From an uncultured Nitrospira sp. (lineage in GTDB: Bacteria > Nitrospirota > Nitrospiria > Nitrospirales > Nitrospiraceae): a stretch of 64,000 bases of DNA. Below are positions 57,909 to 64,000 of this stretch, one piece after another (within the stretch, counting starts at the first letter, position 1; each line of letters starts with the position of its first letter). The notes beneath the pieces are model-generated. The model was given only the letters and a program-made list of their open reading frames with translations. It made no database searches and was not told the origin of the DNA. Position numbers and translations under genes: made by a program. The DNA lies in the NCBI GenBank assembly GCA_964556305.1, contig CAZKVY010000012.1:5224-69223 (forward strand), in the 5' to 3' direction.

Positions 57909-58726
57909 GCGCGAGACCTCCGCTGAGAACGCCCGCTGACCGCCGTCCGAGTCGGGGACAGTTTGGAAAGCGGCTGCTCCCAGGCTTTAAAGTGTTCCAG
58001 CATGGCGTGGTAGGTCGTGTCGAGATGGATCGGGGTCACAGACACCATACGGCGCTCCAAGGCTTCATGGTCGGCGTCTTGCTTCCGGCTCCACGATTGG
58101 CGGGTCCCCGCAATCCAGTAATATTTGCGCCCCCTGGGATCTACCTTCTCGACAATGGGATTGTTGAATCGGCGCCGACTCAAACACGTGACCTTGACCC
58201 CCTTGATGGAACGTAACGGAACATCGGGAATATTCACATTCAAAATGGTTTCCGCCGGCAATCCGTGCTGCAACACTTCAGCAGCCACGCGAGCCGCATA
58301 CCGCGCGCCGACCTCGAACCGGAACGTCTCCCCGCCTTCCTGCGACACTGCTATCGACGGGATACCGAGAATCGTCCCCTCCAAGGCGCCAGACACTGTG
58401 CCGGAATACATGACATCATCTCCGAGATTGACGCCGCGATTGATTCCCGAGAGGATCAGCGCCGGAGGCCCGGGCAGGATTTTCACCAATGCGAGATTGA
58501 CACAGTCCACTGGGGTTCCGTTCACCATGAACGTGCGGGGCGCCATCTTAGTGATGCGGAGCGGCTTGTGCAAGGTGACTGCATGTCCCACGGCAGTCCG
58601 CTCCCGATCTGGTGCGACTATCCACACTTCCCCCAGCGCACCAAGCGCAGCGGCGACAGCGTGAATTCCGGGAGACGCAATCCCATCGTCGTTGGTTACA
58701 AGAATCCGTACGCGCGTCACAACCAC
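57905..58726 (-). CDS. surE: 5'/3'-nucleotidase SurE
   Basis: ILVTNDDGI, GTPVDCV, SGINRGVNLG, YSGTV. Confidence 0.96.
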   Translation of the reverse strand: MVVTRVRILVTNDDGIASPGIHAVAAALGALGEVWIVAPDRERTAVGHAVTLHKPLRITKMAPRTFMVNGTPVDCVNLALVKILPGPPALILSGINRGVNLGDDVMYSGTVSGALEGTILGIPSIAVSQEGGETFRFEVGARYAARVAAEVLQHGLPAETILNVNIPDVPLRSIKGVKVTCLSRRRFNNPIVEKVDPRGRKYYWIAGTRQSWSRKQDADHEALERRMVSVTPIHLDTTYHAMLEHFKAWEQPLSKLSPTRTAVSGRSQRRSRA

Positions 58727-58883
58727 TCCTTATGCATGGAAACCCCAGTGAAGAGGCAGAACCGGAAGCGTTGGCTCGAGGGTGGTGGGAGAGCGGCGAG
58801 CGGATGGATAGACAGGCGGAAGATGGTCGGTCGCAGTGATCAACGTATCTCAGGACAGTGCGTGGTGGACTACATCGTGCCGA

Positions 58884-58960
58884 TGGTCGGGGCGGCGGGA
58901 TTTGAACCCACGACCCCTCGCACCCCAAGCGAGTGCGCTACCGGGCTGCGCTACGCCCCG
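58884..58960 (-). tRNA. tRNA-Pro(GGG)
   Basis: CGGGGCGTAGCGCAGCCCGGTAGCGCACTCGCTTGGGGTGCGAGGGGTCGTGGGTTCAAATCCCGCCGCCCCGACCA forms a full cloverleaf, anticodon GGG, encoded CCA. Confidence 0.97.
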
Positions 58961-59022
58961 ACACGGCCGACATCGATGTTACCCACACGGTTGGACGCAG
59001 CCGCCCGCATCACCGGAACAGT

Positions 59023-59376
59023 TCAAGCTGAATGTGAATCGATCATCCGGATGATCGCCTGAAGATCGCCCCTGACACGTTGCGCCAGCTCTTTCCGCGA
59101 CCCGCTTTTTTTGACAGTTGCGCGCCCTCGGCGAGCCCAGTACCGCTTCACCCCGGCAAGCGTGTGCCCTTCCTCATAGAGCATACGCTTAATCTCCAGC
59201 ACCGTGTCCACATCACGCTGCACATACAGTCGCTGGTTACCACGGCTCTTCTTGGGCCTCAGGAAGCTAAACTCCGACTCCCAAAACCGCAAGACATAAG
59301 CCGGCAACTTAGAAATCTTGCTGACTTCGCCGATCTTATAAAAAACCTTACTTCCCAGTCCGGGATCATTCCCCAT
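59023..59376 (-). CDS. MerR-family regulator (ihfA-merR-tRNA-Pro-surE synteny)
   Basis: YKIGEVSKI...[17 protein letters not shown]. Confidence 0.9.
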   Translation of the reverse strand: MGNDPGLGSKVFYKIGEVSKISKLPAYVLRFWESEFSFLRPKKSRGNQRLYVQRDVDTVLEIKRMLYEEGHTLAGVKRYWARRGRATVKKSGSRKELAQRVRGDLQAIIRMIDSHSA

Positions 59377-59415
59377 GACCGGTCCTCATGCTGCGTGCTC
59401 GTGGCAAGGTAGCGA

Positions 59416-59691
59416 CTAGGAATTCACGTATTTTTTAAAGACCTGACTGGGCCGAAACGTCACCACGCGACGGGGGGTAATGCCAATTTCTTCACCGGTT
59501 CGCGGATTGCGTCCTTTACGGGCCCCTTTGCTTCGAACGACAAAATTCCCAAATCCTGCAATTTTGACTGCATCACCCTTTTGCAGCACTCCCTTCAGCA
59601 GATTGAGCACGAGTTCGACGATATCAGCTGCATCGTTCTTAGACACTCCAACCTGCTTGAAGATTTCGTTCGCGATATCCGCCTTTCTCAT
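59416..59691 (-). CDS. ihfA: Integration host factor alpha subunit
   Basis: VKIAGFGNF.V..K.AR.GRNPRTGEEI.I..RRVVTFRPSQ..K; upstream of merR. Confidence 0.9.
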   Translation of the reverse strand: MRKADIANEIFKQVGVSKNDAADIVELVLNLLKGVLQKGDAVKIAGFGNFVVRSKGARKGRNPRTGEEIGITPRRVVTFRPSQVFKKYVNS

Positions 59692-59773
59692 GCCTTTCCC
59701 CCCGCCATCCACTAGAGTCGTTCCTTAGGAAGTGCTTCTTGGTGTCGAGCGTCCAAGACAAAGAATTTTCCAT

Positions 59774-59802
59774 AAGTTACGTGAGGTTACCTGGCCTGTC
59801 AA
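59774..59802 (-). promoter_or_regulatory. sigma70 promoter for ihfA
   Basis: TTGACA-N17-TAACTT on the minus strand. Confidence 0.55.
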
Positions 59803-59835
59803 GGATTATGTGCACCCAGTGGAGGGAAAACAGCG

Positions 59836-61482
59836 TCAGCGATCGGCGAGGAGCAATTTGTACTCGATGCTGTCCGCCAGCGCCTGCCAACTGGCTTCCA
59901 TAATATTTTCAGAAACCCCAACCGTCCCCCACTTGTCTTTATGATCCCCTGATTCAATCAACACGCGCACCTTTGATTCCGTGCCTTTGTCCGCAGATAA
60001 CACGCGCACCTTGTAATCGAGTAATTTGACGTCACGAAGCTGCGGGTAAAACTTCTCCAATGCTTTCCGCAACGCGTGGTCGAGCGCATTCACAGGTCCG
60101 GCTCCTACTGCCGCCGTATGCTCGACCACGTCTCCAACCTTCACCATGACCGTCGCTTCTGACAGCAAAAGCCCATGCTCCTGCTTTTTTTCGACGATCA
60201 CCCGGAAACCCAGCAATTGAAAAGACGCCCGATGGCTTCCCATCGCTTTGCGCATCAATAATTCAAAGGACCCTTCAGCGCCTTCGAATTGATACCCCTG
60301 ACTTTCACGCTCCTTGAGCGTCTCGACGAGTTCCTGAAGTTTCGCATGATTTTTGGTCAGCGAAATGCCGTAGGCCTCGACCTTTTCCATCAATCCGCTA
60401 CGTCCTGCGTAGTCAGAGACCAGGATCCGCCGACGATTCCCGACGACTGCAGGATCGATGTGTTCGTAGGTCGCCGCATTTTTAAGGACGGCATGAATAT
60501 GCACGCCCCCCTTGTGCGCAAACGCCGCATCTCCAACATAGGGCTGCCGCTTATTGGGCATCAAATTGGCGATCTCCGTCACAAATCCTGAGACATCTTT
60601 CAGACGTGTCAGTTTGCTGCCGAGTGCCGGGCGCTGCATTTTCAACTGTAGATTTGGAATGATGGAGCAAAGATTGGCATTGCCGCATCGCTCGCCGATT
60701 CCGTTGATCGTGCCCTGCACCTGCAGAATTCCAGACTCCACGGCGACCAGAGAATTGGCCACGGCCATTTCACTGTCATTGTGCGCGTGGATGCCCAAGG
60801 GTACCGGGCACTCCTGCTTCACCACCCGGCAAATTTCCCGAATCTCCCACGGCATCGTGCCGCCGTTCGTGTCGCACAGAATCACCCGCTCAGCACCGCC
60901 GGCAATGGCACGGCGGATCGTCTGCAGTGCATAATCGGGATTGGCCTTGTACCCGTCGAAAAAATGTTCCGCATCATAGAACACGCGACGATCTTTGGAA
61001 CGGAGGTAGTGAACGGAATCTTCGATAAGTTCCAAATTTTTGGCGAGCGCGATACCGAGTGCATCCGTCACCTGAAATGACCAACTCTTCCCGAAGAGCG
61101 TGATGGTCCGCGTGCCCGAATCGAGAAGCGCCTGAAGATTTTTGTCTTTGCGGACCGGATTGCTGGCTTTCCGCGTCGAGCCGAACGCCACGACCGTCGC
61201 ATTCCGAAAAGGAATAGTTTGGATCTGTCGGAAGAACTCAATGTCTTTGGGATTCGCCCCCGGCCATCCCCCCTCGATGAAATGCACACCGAGTTCATCG
61301 AGCTGCTGCGCGACACGAAGCTTATCCTCGACGGAGAAACTCACGTCCTCCGCCTGAGCCCCGTCGCGCAACGTCGTATCGTAGATCTCTAGTGCGGAAA
61401 CCTGCGTGCTGGTGAGCGTCGGCACACGGGGGACGGATTCTGGAGTAGAAGACCGGCGTGAGGTGGTGGTTCGACGTTTCAT
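59836..61482 (-). CDS. cimA: (R)-citramalate synthase
   Basis: YDTTLRDGAQ, IEGGWPGANPKD, FGKSW, YDAEHFFDGY, HAHND, AHKGGVH, TVGVSENI..ASW.AL.DS; adjacent to lysC. Confidence 0.9.
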   Translation of the reverse strand: MKRRTTTSRRSSTPESVPRVPTLTSTQVSALEIYDTTLRDGAQAEDVSFSVEDKLRVAQQLDELGVHFIEGGWPGANPKDIEFFRQIQTIPFRNATVVAFGSTRKASNPVRKDKNLQALLDSGTRTITLFGKSWSFQVTDALGIALAKNLELIEDSVHYLRSKDRRVFYDAEHFFDGYKANPDYALQTIRRAIAGGAERVILCDTNGGTMPWEIREICRVVKQECPVPLGIHAHNDSEMAVANSLVAVESGILQVQGTINGIGERCGNANLCSIIPNLQLKMQRPALGSKLTRLKDVSGFVTEIANLMPNKRQPYVGDAAFAHKGGVHIHAVLKNAATYEHIDPAVVGNRRRILVSDYAGRSGLMEKVEAYGISLTKNHAKLQELVETLKERESQGYQFEGAEGSFELLMRKAMGSHRASFQLLGFRVIVEKKQEHGLLLSEATVMVKVGDVVEHTAAVGAGPVNALDHALRKALEKFYPQLRDVKLLDYKVRVLSADKGTESKVRVLIESGDHKDKWGTVGVSENIMEASWQALADSIEYKLLLADR

Positions 61483-61558
61483 AGAGATGAAAACGACTCG
61501 GCGTTGCTTGAAGTGTCGCGGGAGCCGCCTGCCCAGGGGACGGTTCTCTTCATTGCGA

Positions 61559-62794
61559 TCAGCCCAGCGCCGGCGCCGATACGCGATCCAGACCGAACGC
61601 CGTATGGAGCGTGCGCATGGCCAATTCAAGATACTTCTCTTCGATGACACAGGAGATTTTAATTTCCGACGTGCTGATCATCATGATATTGACGCCCTCG
61701 CGCGACAATACCTCGAACATTTTCGCCGCGACACCCGAATGCGAGCGCATGCCCACCCCGATAAGCGACACCTTGGCAATGGATTCGGTTACCGCAACCG
61801 ACCGGGCGCCGATTTCCTGAGACAAGCGCTCCACGAGATCGACCGCGTTGCGCAGGTCCGGCTTCGGTACCGTGAACGAGATGTCGGTCATGGACGCCTG
61901 GCTGACGTTTTGGATGATCATGTCGACGACGATGTTGGCGTTCGCCACAGCACCGAATACGCGTGCGGCGATACCCGGTCGATCCGGAACCCCGACAATC
62001 GTAATCTTGGCCTGATTGCGGTCACCCGTCACACCCGACACCATAACCCCTTCCATATCGGCATCTTCACGTGTCACGAGCGTTCCCTTTCCTTCCTTGA
62101 AACTTGAATTGACCTCCACCGGGACGGAATATTTCGCGGCAAATTCAACCGAGCGACTCTGCAATACCTTGGCGCCCAGGCTCGCCATTTCCAGCATCTC
62201 TTCGTACGAAATCTTGTCCAGGCGACGTGCGGCCGGCACGATGTTGGGATCGGCGGTGTACACCCCGTCGACATCCGTATAAATAATGCACCGATCCGCT
62301 TTGAGTGCCGCGGCCAAGGCCACGGCGGTCAAATCAGACCCTCCCCGTCCAAGGGTCGTGACATCCGAGCTGGCATTAATCCCCTGAAATCCGGCTACGA
62401 CCGGAATGACCCCTCCGGCAAGTGCTTCCTTGATACGTTCGGCCGTCACGCGGGAAATTCTCGCCTTGGTATGCGCACTGTCAGTATGAATGCCGACCTG
62501 GCGACCCGTGAAGGAACGAGCGTTCACGCCGCGCCCCCGAAGCTCCATGGCCAATAAGGCGATGGTCACCCGCTCTCCCGTTGAAAGCAGCATGTCCAGT
62601 TCACGCTCATCCGGGGAATTGGTCGCGTCATGCGCCAGCTTGAGCAGCCGATCCGTTTCGCCGCTCATTGCCGATAGCACCACGACGACCTGATGCCCGT
62701 CTTTCTGCGCGCGCTCGACTCGTTCTGCGACGCGATGAATCCGCTCAATGTTCCCGACCGAGGTGCCGCCGTATTTCTGAACGATCAATGCCAC
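61559..62794 (-). CDS. lysC: Aspartate kinase
   Basis: [28 protein letters not shown], two ACT domains. Confidence 0.97.
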   Translation of the reverse strand: MALIVQKYGGTSVGNIERIHRVAERVERAQKDGHQVVVVLSAMSGETDRLLKLAHDATNSPDERELDMLLSTGERVTIALLAMELRGRGVNARSFTGRQVGIHTDSAHTKARISRVTAERIKEALAGGVIPVVAGFQGINASSDVTTLGRGGSDLTAVALAAALKADRCIIYTDVDGVYTADPNIVPAARRLDKISYEEMLEMASLGAKVLQSRSVEFAAKYSVPVEVNSSFKEGKGTLVTREDADMEGVMVSGVTGDRNQAKITIVGVPDRPGIAARVFGAVANANIVVDMIIQNVSQASMTDISFTVPKPDLRNAVDLVERLSQEIGARSVAVTESIAKVSLIGVGMRSHSGVAAKMFEVLSREGVNIMMISTSEIKISCVIEEKYLELAMRTLHTAFGLDRVSAPALG

Positions 62795-62799
62795 AACCC

Positions 62800-64000
62800 T
62801 TACGCTCCACGAGGAAATAACCGCATCATGAGTTTGGTAGCATCGCGCGGCGCGGATTCGGCGATAGCCTTGTCCTGCTCATGAAAGCGGGTTACCGAGC
62901 CTACCGGTGGCTGGGTGGCACCGTCGCATAGCGCATACAAAATCGGCGGAACATCTGAGCCATGCCCCTTCGCCAGACCGGGATCACATACCACGAGCAG
63001 GCGGTACGCCGGATACTTCGCCAGGGCCGCAAGAATCGGCCCGACCACCTGGGCATCGAAACGTTCAATGGCCTGCACCTTGCCGTGAACACTGGTCGCA
63101 TGCAACACATCGTCCGACAAACCGGCATGGAGATAGACGAAATCCTTCTTCGCCAGCTCTTGGACGACCGCATTCACACATCCGGCGAATTTGTCCGATT
63201 CGTCGCCGCTATCGGCCGGCAACTCGGCCGCGTCCAACCCGGCGCACAGACCGACCCCGCGGTGTACATCACTGGCTGATACCACGACGCCGGTGATCTG
63301 AAAGCGCTCCGACACGGGTGGCCACAACGGAGCGCGGCCCTGCCCCCACAACCAGAGACAATTGGCCGGCTTCAGCCCTTCTTGCTCGCGCTCTTCATTG
63401 ACCGGATGATCGCGCAAAATAAAAAACGAGGCGTCCATGATTTTCCGCAGCACATCAGCGCCATCGCCGACTGGCAAGGCATCAGCGATCGATTGCCCGA
63501 CTAACTGCTGAGGATCCACGCAGGTCGCGCGCGATTTCCCTCCAACCCACACCATCAAGTGCCGATGACCGGAACCAGGGTAAAATTGAATGCTTTCCGA
63601 TCCCAGTTGTTCGTTGACAGCTTCCACCAACTCCCGGGCCTGGTCTGTCTCGATGAGTCCGGCGGTCGCATCTTCCATGACCACATGCGATCCCAGCTTC
63701 TTGATGTCGGCCGCGCGGTCTTTGCCGCCGGAGGCGGACTCGCCCCGCACCGTCACCATAGTGCAACGGAAGACGACATCCTGCTCACCCACCGTCACAC
63801 CGAGACCAGCGGCCTCCAGCGGACCTGGGCCGGGATAATACTTCTTGGGATCATATCCCAGAACGGCGACACCGGTGACATCACTGCCCGACGTGCCCGC
63901 GTCGGAAGGAAGGCTCAAAAGCCCTACTTCTCCGCGCTGGGCGATCTGGTCAAGATTGGGAGTCTTCGCCGCCTGGAGCGGCGTGCTCCCACCGAGTTCC
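62800..64000 (-). CDS. Cofactor-independent phosphoglycerate mutase-like protein (ApgM / 'proposed homoserine kinase' family); 5' end beyond window
   Basis: The frame stays open to the window edge (..[24 protein letters not shown]), then [33 protein letters not shown]. Confidence 0.85.
   Translation of the reverse strand, partial: ELGGSTPLQAAKTPNLDQIAQRGEVGLLSLPSDAGTSGSDVTGVAVLGYDPKKYYPGPGPLEAAGLGVTVGEQDVVFRCTMVTVRGESASGGKDRAADIKKLGSHVVMEDATAGLIETDQARELVEAVNEQLGSESIQFYPGSGHRHLMVWVGGKSRATCVDPQQLVGQSIADALPVGDGADVLRKIMDASFFILRDHPVNEEREQEGLKPANCLWLWGQGRAPLWPPVSERFQITGVVVSASDVHRGVGLCAGLDAAELPADSGDESDKFAGCVNAVVQELAKKDFVYLHAGLSDDVLHATSVHGKVQAIERFDAQVVGPILAALAKYPAYRLLVVCDPGLAKGHGSDVPPILYALCDGATQPPVGSVTRFHEQDKAIAESAPRDATKLMMRLFPRGA

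Noticed and set aside
1-64000. CRISPR array, rRNA operon, intact IS/transposase, restriction-modification or toxin-antitoxin systems
   Set aside because: No regularly spaced repeats, rRNA signatures, DDE/transposase motifs or TA/RM motifs were seen on either strand.

Overview
64 kb of bacterial chromosome, all but certainly a Nitrospira-type genome. That assignment is inferred from gene content and synteny (apgM-like/lysC/cimA, ihfA-merR-tRNA-Pro-surE, thrH, an alginate-export-family porin, Nitrospira-style c-type cytochromes); no database search was run. (1) 1-~9200 is an accessory region: a fascin-like beta-trefoil lipoprotein running off the left edge, a frameshifted small secreted protein, and a 3' tRNA-Lys(CTT) fragment flanked by IHF consensus sites, arm-like repeats and an integrase remnant (an attP-like junction between tandem islands). 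It also holds a multiply broken MEDS-PAS-HisKA_3-HATPase-REC kinase gene and a Zn-finger/PilZ pair. (2) 9264-15487 holds two co-oriented modules: a MauG/bCcP-family diheme protein with two exported His-rich DUF1264-like paralogues and a monoheme cytochrome c, and a lysine 6-dehydrogenase-like / P6C dehydrogenase / short VOC metalloprotein operon. These two are the best candidates for an undescribed system. (3) 15.6-39 kb is mostly housekeeping and envelope genes: PSP1, EVE, YdcF, YkgJ, thrH, recQ, porin, two TatA/B, a GT2/LAB_N/ArnT/PAP2 lipid A-remodelling cluster, TolB-like propeller, M1 peptidase, ftsY, ybeY, phoH. (4) 39.3-54.5 kb is a type IV pilus locus with two complete minor-pilin cassettes, PilY1, a GspE/PilB ATPase, PilD and sigma54-like promoters. 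(5) 54.7-64 kb is core: LuxR-type regulator, rlmB, cysS, dedA, surE, tRNA-Pro, merR, ihfA, cimA, lysC and a partial apgM-like gene. No CRISPR array, rRNA or intact IS element was seen.
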